A stretch of 32,321 bases of DNA from Basidiobolus meristosporus CBS 931.73 (GCA_002104905.1 MCFE01000832.1:1-32321); one strand, 5' to 3'; positions 11,581-22,365 are shown, counted from the first letter of the stretch. The notes: generated from the sequence alone by a model not told the origin. Numbers and translations are program-made.

Positions 11581-14500
11581 TGTTGTAAGAGTCTTGGAGA
11601 TATTGGAAGTGATTTGGAGAACAAGTAGATTATGTGGTTTTCACTTAATGATTTATTGAATGTAAAAGTAGTACTTATACTTTTACCTGGTCTTGGCATT
11701 GCAAACACGTAGAATAGGTTAAGGAAGGTCCCAAGAACATGTGTGCAAAGTGTGGGGCTGTTTGGACAACTTTGAGAATTTTCATGTTCTGGGTACCTGG
11801 TATTTTGGTGAAAATATTCTAAGTAAATCCCAACAAGGAATTTGGTCAGTATTCTCTAGGATTTGAAGGTGATGATCTAAGTGACTAAGTTAGGTGAATA
11901 TTTAGGTGGAATTACAAATTTACAACACTCCCACTCAGCTAAATGTTCATACTGACTAGTCCTAATTTTGACCTAAGATATTCAAACTTGTCTCTAGCTA
12001 ATGGTTTGGTAAATATATCTGCAATCATTTCATCTGAAGGACAGTAAGCTAAGCTAACTAAGTTATTCTCTATAGCTTCATGTATGAAATGATGTCTAAT
12101 ATCTATGTGCTTGGTTCTAGCATGAAAAGTTGGAATTCTACCTAATTGTATACATCCTTGATTATCTTGAAATAAAGTAATAGGCGTTTTTTGACATAGG
12201 CCTAAATCTGTAAACAGCGTTCTTAACCACATTGCTTTTTTTGTAGCTTCACAGGCTGCCATATACTCTGCCTCTGTGGTGGAAAGTGCTACAGTTGGTT
12301 GCTTTCCTGAATTCCATGATATTGCTCCTTTACAGTAAAGAAAGGTGTATCCTGTGGTGGATCTTCTGTCTTCTAAATTTCATCCCCAATCTGCATCAGA
12401 GTATCCCACAAGATCTTGTTCTGAGTCCTTATCAGTGTATCTTAAGCAGATATCAGCAGTTCCTTTTAGGTATCTAAAAATCTGCTTAACTGCTGCAATA
12501 TGATCAGATCCATAATTCTGATTATGTTGGCTGACAACTCCCACTGAATATGAGATATCTGGACGTGTTCCAAGCATGATATACATCAAACTGCTGACCA
12601 TAGATTAATAAGGAAAGTCAGGGCCTTCAGATGGCACCAAGCTCTCTTGATTTGGTTGAGTTTTGACCAAGTTAAGGTTTGTCTCCATTGGGGTAGCTGC
12701 TGGTTTACAGTCTTCCATTTTGTACTTCTTTAGTATATCTTGAATATACTTGGATTGGCTTAGGGTAATAGTCTGGGTACTTCTGTCTATGGAGAGCTTA
12801 ATCCCTAAGTATTAACTAAGTTCTCCTAGATTGGACATCTTGAACTCCTTAGATAGGCTGGATTTAGTCTCTTCCAATGTTTCTAGGTTATTGGCAGCTA
12901 TAATAAGATCATCCACATATAGAGCTAATAGAACTGGATTTGCTCTATCTGGCGTATAGTATATACTATAGTCAGCATTACTTCATTTGAAACGCAAAGA
13001 TTCCAAATACAAATCTATCTTGCAATTCCAGGCTCTTGGTGATTGTTTGAGACCATATAGTGACTTTTTAAGCTTGCAGACCAAATGGGGGTTATCTTGG
13101 TCAACAAACCCATCAGGCTAGTCCATATACATGTCCTCATCAAGTTCCCCATTCAAAAATGCAGTTTTTAGATCCATTTGATGAGTAAAAAACTTATATT
13201 TAGCTGCAATAGCCAATATTAATCTGATGGAATTAAACTTGGCTACCGGTGCAAAGGTCTCAGTATAGTCAAGTCCTTTTGTTTGAGAGTATCCTTTGGC
13301 TACAAGTCTTGCTTTGCATCTTGCAATTGTACCATCAGCCTTGTATTTTGTCTTGAAGACCCATCTGCATCCAATTGATTTTTGGTTGATTGGTAATTTG
13401 ACCAAGTTCCAAGTTTGATTTTCCATTAGGGCCTGATATTCCTCAGTCATTGCAGATCTCCAAAACTTTGTCTGAGGGCTATTTAGGGCCTCTTTTACAG
13501 TCTGGGGCTCATCAATGGACTGAATAAGCATAGGCTAAGTTTGTACCCTCATTAATATAGTAATTTGGGTTATTTCTTGTACGGTTGGATCTCCGGGCAT
13601 TTGATACTGGAATGATCACTTCTGGGATATTCCTGGGCACTGATTCTGGCTGAACCACAGTTGTAGAGTTCTCTGGAGTGAAAAAATTTTCATTTTTTCA
13701 TCAAAAGAATTTTCATCAAACAACACATCCCTGGACTTGATTAGCTTCTTTGCCTTGGTATTGTAGAGTCTGTATGCCTTACTCTCATTGCAGTAGCCCA
13801 AAAATATGCATTTTACACTTTTTGGCTCAAATTTTGACTGATTTCCGGCCAGTTTTCTGGCATATGCTGTGCACCCAAATATTCTTAAATGTTCTGCACT
13901 TGGTCTGTATCCATACCATGCCTCAAATGGAGTAGAATCACAAAGTATTCTGTTATAACTCCTATTTTTAAGGTATACAGCAGTGGCAACTGATTCCGCC
14001 TAAAAATCATAGGATAATTTCTGATCATGGATCATAGATCTTGCCATATCAATTGTTGATTGGTTAGCTTGTTCTGCTACTCCATTTTGCTGTGGGGAGT
14101 ATGGTACAGTAGTCTCTTGCTTTATCCCATGAATTTTGCAGAAGTGGATGAAGAGTTTTGAGGTATATTCTCCACCATTGTCAGAGCATATTTTCTTGAT
14201 TTTTTCACCAGTTTCTCTCTCCACCATGGCTTTAAACTCCCTGAGCTTAGACAGGGCTTCTTCCTTTCTCTCCATGAAGTAAACCCATGTGTATCTTGTA
14301 TAATCATCAATAAAAGTGATTAAATACTTCATCCCACCTAAGGATAAATTTTGCATAGGTCCACACAGATCTGAGTGAATTAGATCTAATTTTTTCTTAG
14401 TTTTGATTAACCCAGAGCTCTTGAACGGTTGTCTGGCTTGTTTCCCATATATGCAGGCTTCACAGTGCTCCAAATTAGCTGGGGGATCAATTTTCACTCC

Positions 14501-15539
14501 AGAAATTAGCTGATCTTTGATCATTTTATGCAAATAAACAAAATTGATATGCCCAAATCTCCTGTGCCAAAGCATTGGTGTTTCTTCATTTAAGTTACTT
14601 ATATTGGCTTCCAGATATGATGGAATATAAGTCAGCTTGTATAGATTTTGATCTCTGATGCCCAAAGCAATATGGGCACCATTTTGATCAGTGATCCTGC
14701 TTCCAGAATTGTCAAAACTGAAACTAAGTCCTTCTGCTGTGGCCTTGCTTACAGAGAGTAGGTTCTTGGCTATTTCTGGTACATAGAGTACTTCTTTAAA
14801 GGTCAGTGTATGGCTTTCTTCACTGCTTCTAAGGTTTACTTGGATAGTTCCTTCTCCCACTGCATCAAGTGTTCTATCATCACCCATGAAAACCTTCTTA
14901 ATTGGAATTTCTTGATATTGGGTAAAAAGTTCTTTTTAGTGTGTAAAGTGTTGAGAAGCTCCAGAGTCAATATACCACATCTGAGAATCCTTGTTTGTGG
15001 TCATATTTAGTGCAAATATGAATAGTCTATCTTCAGTTGTTGCAGCATTTCCATATTCAGGCTTCTTTTGCTGATAATCTCTCTTTTTGAAACACTGGTC
15101 TGATGTGTGTCCTTTCCTTTTGCAGTAGTTGCAAAATAGGTTGCTGTTGCCTTTGTAGGGTCTTGGGTACCTCCTTTGTTGGTTATCATTGCTTATTAAA
15201 GCATTTTCTTCTTCCTTCTTATTGGCGCTTGATTTTCTTAATTCTTCATCCAGGAGCCTTCCATATATGTAATTTAAGGTCAAGTCTTCAGTTCTGGACT
15301 CTAGGGCTGATACAAGGCCCTGAAACCTGTCTGTCAGGCTATTCAGGATGGTAACTATCACATCCTCATCAGTAGTTGGTACGCCCACAGATTCCATCTT
15401 ATCTACCAGCAGGGTAATTCTGTTAATTAGATTTTTCATTTCTTCTCCCGGCAGCATCTTTGTAGTAAAGAATTTTTGTCTCAGATACATCTTCTTAGCT
15501 TAGGTGAATATTTAGGTGGAATTACAAATTTTTACAACA
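11581..15539 (-). mobile_element. Ty1/copia element B, nested in reverse orientation in the 3' LTR of A (3' LTR 11581-11927; only ~41 bp of 5' LTR at ~15499-15539)
   Basis: TG...CA ends with perfect TSD TTCTA (11576-11580 and 15540-15544). The 5' LTR tip is fused directly to mid-gag (GCTAAGAAGATG), so the rest of the LTR, the PBS and the gag N-terminus are deleted. Confidence 0.95.
11939..15499 (-). pseudogene. Element B gag-pol, disrupted
   Basis: ORFs 14936..15490 (gag C-terminus, zinc knuckle, protease), 14000..14887 (integrase), 13118..13531 (RT), 11939..12262 (RNase H end TKHIDIRHHF). Several nonsense changes. Confidence 0.95.
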
Positions 15540-15673
15540 TTCTATGTGTATGTAATGCCAAGATCAGGTAAAAGTATAAATACTACTTTTACATTCAATA
15601 AATCATTAAGTGAAAACCACATAATCTACTTGTCCTCCCAATCACTTCCAATATCTCCAAGATACTTACAACT

Positions 15674-15727
15674 AAGTTAAAGCTGACACCACATATGATA
15701 AAGTGTCCTGCAAAGATAGGTCATATT
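15674..15727 (+). repeat. 54-bp direct repeat, left copy (follows the 3' LTR of A, precedes the 5' LTR of C)
   Basis: AAGTTAAAGCTGACACCACATATGATAAAGTGTCCTGCAAAGATAGGTCATATT, 53/54 identical to 21148-21201. Confidence 0.95.
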
Positions 15728-15977
15728 TGTTGTAAAAATTTGTATTTCCACCTAAATATTCACCTAACTTAGTCACTTAGATCATCACCTTCAAATCCTA
15801 GAGAATACTGACCAAATTCCTTGTCAGGATTTACTTAGAATATTTTCACCAAAATACCAGGTACCCAGAACATGAAAATTCTCAAAGTTGTCCAAACAGC
15901 CCCAAACTTTGCACCCATGTTTTTGGGACCTTCCTTAACCTATTCTACATGTTTGTAATGCCAAGACCAGGTAAAAG

Positions 15978-16005
15978 TATAAATTCTACTTTTACATTCA
16001 ATAAA
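15978..16005 (+). promoter_or_regulatory. Candidate LTR TATA box (TATAAA 15978-15983) and poly(A) signal (AATAAA 16000-16005)
   Basis: Found at the equivalent position in most LTR copies, ~70-100 bp from the LTR 3' end. Function is inferred from position only. Confidence 0.5.
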
Positions 16006-16080
16006 CCATTAAGTGAAAACCACATAATCTACTTGTTCTCCAAATCACTTCCAATATCTCCAAGACTCTTACAACAGGTT

Positions 16081-19000
16081 ATGAGCCCCAAGCTGTCACT
16101 CTCTGCAATGTCTACCACTGCTATTACTGGAATTTTTCCCTCTGCTGAAAAGTTGGATGGATCCAACTACCAAGTGTGGAAGGTGAAGATGAAGATGCTG
16201 CTACAAGAAAGAGGCCTTTGGGATATTGTCATGGGAGAAGAATGCCCTCCTAAAAACATGGGAGAGGAAGCCTTAAAGTACCAGAAGAATTAACAAAGTG
16301 CCTTTAACTGCATATGCCTTAATGTTAAAGACAAATTGCTAATTCAATGCTCAAGAGCAAAAAATGCAAAGAATGCCTTGAAGACATTAGAAGACACTTG
16401 CTAGTCATGTTTGGCTGCTAAGAAAATGTATCTGCGACAACAATTCCTTACTACAAAGATGCTGTCAGCAGAAGAAATGAAAAATCTAATTAACAGATTT
16501 ACCCTGCTGGTAGATAAGATGGAATCTGTGGGCGTACCAACTACTGATGAGGATGTGATAGTTACCATCCTAAATAGCCTGACAGACAGGTTTCCAGGCC
16601 TTGTATCAGCCCTAGAGTCCAGAACTGAAGATTTGACCTTAATTATGTATATGGAAGGCTCCTGGATGAAGAATTAAGAAAATCAAGTGCAAAGAAGAAG
16701 GAAGAAGAATATGCTTTAATAAGCAATACTAACTAACAAAGGAGGTACCCAATACCCTACAAAGGCAGCAGCAACCTGTTTTGTAACTACTGCAAAAGGA
16801 AAGGACACACATCAGACCAGTGCTTCAAAAAGAAAGATAATCAGCAAAAGAAGCCTGAATGTGGAAATGCCACAACTACTGAAGATGGACTATTCATATT
16901 TGCACTAAATATGACCACTAACAAGGATTCTCAGATATGGTATATTGACTCTGGAGCATCTCAATGCTTTACACACTAAAAAGAACTTTTTACCCAATAT
17001 CAAGAAATTCCAATTAAGATGGTTTTCATGGGTGACATTAGAATACTTGATGTAGTGGGAAAAGGAACTATCCAAGTAAACCTAAGAAGCAGTGAAGGAA
17101 GCCATACATTGACTTTCAAAGAAGTATTTTATATACCAGAAATAGCCAAGAACCTACTATCTATAAGCAAGGCCACTGCAGAAAGACTCAGTTTCAGCTT
17201 TGACAATTCTGGATGCAAGATCACTGATCAAAATGGTGTGCATGTTGCTTTGGGTATCAGAGATCAGAATATATACAAGTTTACTTATATTCCATCATAT
17301 TTGGAAGCCAATATAAGTAATTTAAATGAAGAAACATCAATGCTTTGACACAGGAGTGTTGGGCACATCAATTTTGATTATTTGCGCAAAATGAGCAAAG
17401 ATCAGCTAATTTCTGGAGTAAAAATTGATCCCCCAGCTGATTTGGAGCACTGTGAGACCTGCATATATGGGAAAAAAGCCAGACAACTGTTCAAGAGCTC
17501 TGGGTTGATCAAAACTAAGAAAAAATCTGATCTAACTCACTCAAATCTGTGTGGACCTATGCAAAATTTATCCTTAGGCAGGATGAAGTATTTAATCACC
17601 GTTATTGATGATTATACAAGATATACATGGGTTTACTTCATGGAGAGAAAGGAAGAAGCTCTGTCTAAGTTCGGGGAGTTTAAAGCCATGGCGGAGAGAG
17701 AAACTGGTGAAAAAATCAAGAAAATACGCTCTGACAATGGTGGAGAATATACCTCAAAACTCTTCATCAACTTCTGCAAGATTCATGGGATAAAGCAAGA
17801 AAATAATGTATCATACTCCCCACAGCAAAATGGAGTAGCAGAACATGCTAACAGATCAATAATTGATATGGCAAGATCTATGATCCACAATCAAAAATTA
17901 TCCAATGATTTTTCGGCGGAATCAGTTGCCACTGCTGTATATCTTAAAAATAGGAGTTATAACAGAATAGTTTCTTGTTCTACTCCACTTGAAGCCTGGT
18001 ATGGATACAGACCAAGTGCAGAACATCTAAGAATATTTGGGTGTACAGCATATGGCAAGAAACTGCCCAGAAATTAGTCAAAATTTGAGCCAAAAAGTGA
18101 AAAATGCATATTTTTGGGCTACTGCAATGAGAGTAAAGCATACAGACTCCACTATACCAAGGCAAAGAAGCTAATCAAGTCCAGGGATGCGTTGTTTGAT
18201 GAAAATTCAAAATTTTCACAAAAAATGACATCAGATGATGACAAAAATCTGATCTCAAGTCCACCAATTGTCAGGATTGAATCAGAGCAAAACAATGGAG
18301 ATTTTTTCACTCCAGAGGACTCTACAGCTGTGGTTCAGCCAGAATTAGTGCCCAGGAATATCCCAGAAGTGATCATTCCAGTATCAAATGCCTGGAGATC
18401 CAATGGGACAAGAAATAGCGCAAATTACTATATCAATGAGGGTACAAACTTAGCATATGCCTATTCAGTCCCTATTGATAAGCCCCAGACTGTAAAAGAG
18501 GCCCTAAATAGCACTCAGACAAAGTTTTGGAGATCTGCAATGACTGAGGAATATCAGGCCCTGATGGAAAATCAAACTTGGAACTTGGTCAAATTACCAA
18601 TCAACCAAAAATCAATTGGATGCAGATGGGTCTTCAAGTCAAAATGCAAGGCTGATGGTACAATTGAAAGATACAAAGCAAGACTTGTGACCAAAGGATA
18701 CTCTCAAACAAAAGGACTTGACTATACTGAGACCTTTGCACTGGTAGCCAAGTTCAATTCCATCAGATTAGTATTGGCAATTGCAGCCAAATATAAGTTT
18801 TTTATTCATCAAATGAATGTAAAAGCTGCATTTTTGAATGGAGAACTTGATGAGGACGTGTATATGGACCAGCCTGATGGGTTTGTTGACCAAGATAACC
18901 CCCATTTGGTCTGCAAGCTTAAAAAGTCACTATATGGTCTCAAAACAATCATCAAGACCCTGGAATTTCAAGATAGATTCTTAGTTGCAATCTTTGAGTT

Positions 19001-20789
19001 TCAGAAGAAGTAATGCTGACTATAGTATATACTATAAGCCAGAGAGAGCAAATCCAGCTCTATTAGCTCTATTTGTGGATGATCTTATTATAGGCACCAA
19101 TAACCTAGCAACATTGGAAGAGACTAATTACAGCCTATCTACAGAGTTCAAGATGTCCAATCTAGGAGAACTCAGTTACTACTTAGGGATTAAGCTCTCC
19201 ATAGATAGAAGTACCCAGACTATTACCCTCAGCCAATCCAAGTATATTCAAGATATACTAAAGAAGTACAAAATGGAAGACTGTAAACCAGCAGTTACCC
19301 CAATGGAGACAAACCTTAACTTGGTCAAAATTCAACCAAATCAAGAGAGCTTGGTGCTATCTGAAAGCCCTGACTTTCCTTATCAATCTATGGATGGCAG
19401 TCTGATGAATATCATGCTTGGAACATGTCCAGACATCTCATACTCAGTGGGAGTTGTCAGCCAACATAATCAGAACTATGGATCTGATCATAGTGCAGCA
19501 GTTAAGGGGATTCTTAGATACCTAAAAGGAACTGCTGATATCTGCTTAAGATACACTTATAGGGACTCAGAACAGGATCTTGTGGGATACTCTGATGCTG
19601 AATGGGGACAAAAGTTAGAAGACAGAAGATCCACCACAGGATACACCTTTCTTTACTGTAAAGGAGAAATTTCATGGAATTCAAGAGAGCAACCAACTGT
19701 AGCACTTTCCACCACAGAGGCAGAGTATATGGCAGCCTGTGAAGCTACAAAAGAAGCAATATGGTGAAGAAAGCTTTTTACAGATTTAGGCATATGTCAA
19801 AAAACACCTATTACTTTATTTTAAGATAATCAAAGATGTATATAATTAGGTAGAAATCCAACTTTTCATGCTAGAACCAAGCACATAGATATTAGATATC
19901 ACTTCATACATGAAGCTATAGAGAATAACTTAGTTAGCTTAGTTTACTGTCCTTCAGATGAAATGATTGCAGATATATTAGACTTGTTCCATTGGATAGT
20001 GCCACATTGAGCCATGAGTGCCAAATGATGCCATAGTGTGCCAGAGAGGTCAAGTGAGCCTCTACCTGGCCACAGAGTGTGAAGCATAGCTCCACATCTT
20101 CATGCAAAACAGCCCCTGTGTTTCACCCATTGTGTTGGAGAAAATCCTTTTTTTGACCTTTTTTTTTGGATCAATGTTGTGCAGGATGTGTTAGAGCACA
20201 AGCAGATTGAAGATATGCATCTGGTACTCAGTACCCATGGCACTCTGAATCTAGCTCCTGTAGCTTGTATCATGTCACAAAAATGAATGGCACTATCTTG
20301 GTCCACTGGTACTATCTGGCACTATATTTAAATAATAGCCCTAAAGTAAGATCTATACAAAGCACTTATAGTGCCAGATAGTACCAGTGGACCAAGATAG
20401 TGCCATTCATTTTTGTGACATGATACAAGCTACAGGAGCTAGATTCAGAGTGCCATGGGTACTGAGTACCAGATGCATATCTTCAGTTCTCCTGTGCTCT
20501 TACACATCCTGAGCTACATTGATCCACAAAAAAAGGTCAAAAAATGGATTTTCTCCTGGGCAATGGGTGAAACACAGGGGCTGCTTTACATGAAGATGCA
20601 GAGCTATGTTTCACACTCTGTGGCCAGGTAGAGGCTCACTTGACCTCTCTGGCACACTATGGCATCATTTGGCACTCATGGCTCAATATGGCACTATCCA
20701 ACGGAACAAGTCTATTTACCAAATCATTAGCTAGAGACAAGTTTGAATATCTTAGGTCAAAATTGGGACTAGTCAGTATGAACATTTAG
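16081..20789 (+). pseudogene. Element C gag-pol, disrupted
   Basis: Same motif series as A (ORFs 15949..16293, 16411..16677, 17019..17348, 17382..18077, 18114..19013, 18985..19767), with many stops and a MITE insertion in the RNase H tail. Confidence 0.95.
19980..20713. mobile_element. 734-bp foldback MITE (347-bp inverted arms, 40-bp spacer), 3-bp TSD ATT
   Basis: AGACTTGTTCC...GGAACAAGTCT termini. Arms 19980-20326 and 20367-20713. The empty site in A and B reads GATAT-ATT-TACC, and ATT is duplicated at 19977-19979 and 20714-20716. No transposase. Confidence 0.92.
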
Positions 20790-21147
20790 CTGAGTGGGAG
20801 CGTTGTAAATTTGTAATTCCACCTAAATATTCACCTAACTTAGTCACTTAGATCATTACCTTCAAATCCTAGAGAATACTGACCAAATTCCTTGTTGGGA
20901 TTTACTTGGAATATTTTCACCAAAATACCAGGTACCCAGAACATGAAAATTTGATAAGTTGTCCAAGCAGCCCCAAACTTTGCACACATGTTCTTGGGAC
21001 CTTCCTTAACCAATTTTATGTGCTTTTAATGCCAAGATCATGGAAAAGTATAAATACTACTTTTACATTCAATAAATCATTAAGTGAAAACCACATAATC
21101 TACTTGCTCTCCCAATCACTTCCAATATCTCCAAGACACTAACAACA

Positions 21148-21201
21148 AAGTTAAGGCTGACACCACATATGATAAAGTGTCCTGCAAAGATAGGTCATAT
21201 T
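21148..21201 (+). repeat. 54-bp direct repeat, right copy (follows the 3' LTR of C)
   Basis: 53/54 identical to 15674-15727 and continues into unique CpG-free sequence. Confidence 0.95.
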
Positions 21202-22365
21202 CACTAAGAATATATTGCCCATCTCAGGAATTGGAACATGCAGGTGATGCTTAGCCTATGGCATGCATTGTGATTTTGAGAAACTAAAGGCTGTGTAAGG
21301 ATGCTGACTGAGGGCCAGCTACACCTTGTGAAAAATCTCAAACTTAGAACTTGTCTGATAACCCACCAGTATTCTAATGGTATTTTGCTGGCATTCAGCT
21401 GATGGCATACCTTCAGTTTCTTATTTGCAGTTTTTGGTAGAAGCAGTTGGTAGCTGATTACCAAGTTTGTTATGGATGATAGTTAGCCTAGTCTTCTGAG
21501 AAATATGTCCACTTGTCTGCTAGATAACTAGCACTTGAGATATTGCAAGTTGTAAGTTTAGAGAGACTTGGAATTTAGCTGATGTTATGATGGTATCTGC
21601 TGGCCTTTTCTTAATTCATTTTTCTTAAGGCCCATTCCAACAAGGTGCTCTGGGATGCAACAAATGGCTAAGCACCTAATCAATTGCTAGCCATTAATTC
21701 AAACTGAATAGTATCCTGCATCTACTGGGAATAAAATCCAGTTCACTGTGGCTGGATTGAGGCAAATAATGCAGTTAGCAGATGCACCACAGAACAGCTG
21801 GACTTCAAGTGTAGTGAGATTAGTCGGAGGATATCCTGGAAATCGCATGAAAGCTGGGGAAGGGTGCTGACCCCTCACATTGTCAATGGTTTCTATTGAA
21901 CTTCAGAGTAGGTCTCATTCATTGTGGGGTCTTACGGGCAGGTGATTTCCTAGAATGGGGTTAGATCCACTGCATTCGATCAAGCCAAACAACCTAAGAG
22001 ATCTGAACGACTGGAAGCTAAACTTATGTTTCACTGAATCTTGAGCACGATGCATCGAGCGGAGGGGATTTGGACGACGATCGTGAGATGCAATATCTTT
22101 CCTACACTGGAAGGCCTAAACCACAAATAGCTATTTCAAGGATGTTGAGGATTTAGCAAAGGTGAATGGTGAATGGCGAATAGTGCGGTGAGTAGGGCAA
22201 GTGAGTGAAGTCACTTCACCGTCATCCAACGAGTACACATCTCCCCCAAAGGTACATGATGTCTTGAACTGTTTGCACTATCAACCAGCCTGAGACCAAC
22301 AGCCCAATGTCCCTGGGAATTCAATGTCTAGCGATGGTTGCGTAATCAACTGATCGTATCGTATT

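Larger units (their letters stand above)
7314..15673 (+). mobile_element. Ty1/copia element A (5' LTR 7314-7659; internal 7660-11362; 3' LTR split into 11363-11580 and 15545-15673 by element B)
   Basis: LTR-PBS-gag-PR-IN-RT-RH-PPT-LTR order. The two halves of the 3' LTR rejoin to 347 bp once B and one TSD copy are removed. No matching TSD (TTTAT vs AAGTT). Confidence 0.95.
15728..21147 (+). mobile_element. Ty1/copia element C (5' LTR 15728-16076, 349 bp; 3' LTR 20801-21147, 347 bp)
   Basis: Complete LTR-PBS-gag-pol-PPT-LTR structure. The 3' LTR starts CG instead of TG. Interrupted by a MITE at 19980-20713. Flanked by a 54-bp direct repeat instead of a 5-bp TSD. Confidence 0.95.

Noticed and set aside
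9188-19705. Alternate-frame and antisense ORFs inside the copia elements (e.g. 9188..9376, 9734..9994, 10813..11004, 12286..12477, 14122..14310, 17605..17793, 19514..19705)
   Set aside because: They are shadows of the pol frame, repeated only because the elements are copies.
20100-20306. 68-aa ORF within the MITE
   Set aside because: No recognisable motif, and it sits inside a non-coding palindrome.
19980-20326. MITE arm length (347 bp) equals the 3' LTR length (347 bp)
   Set aside because: No sequence similarity between them; treated as coincidence.
19979-20714. Reading the MITE as TA-flanked (Tc1/mariner, Stowaway-like)
   Set aside because: Comparison with the empty site in A and B gives a 3-bp ATT duplication; the extra T/A pair at the edge is coincidental.
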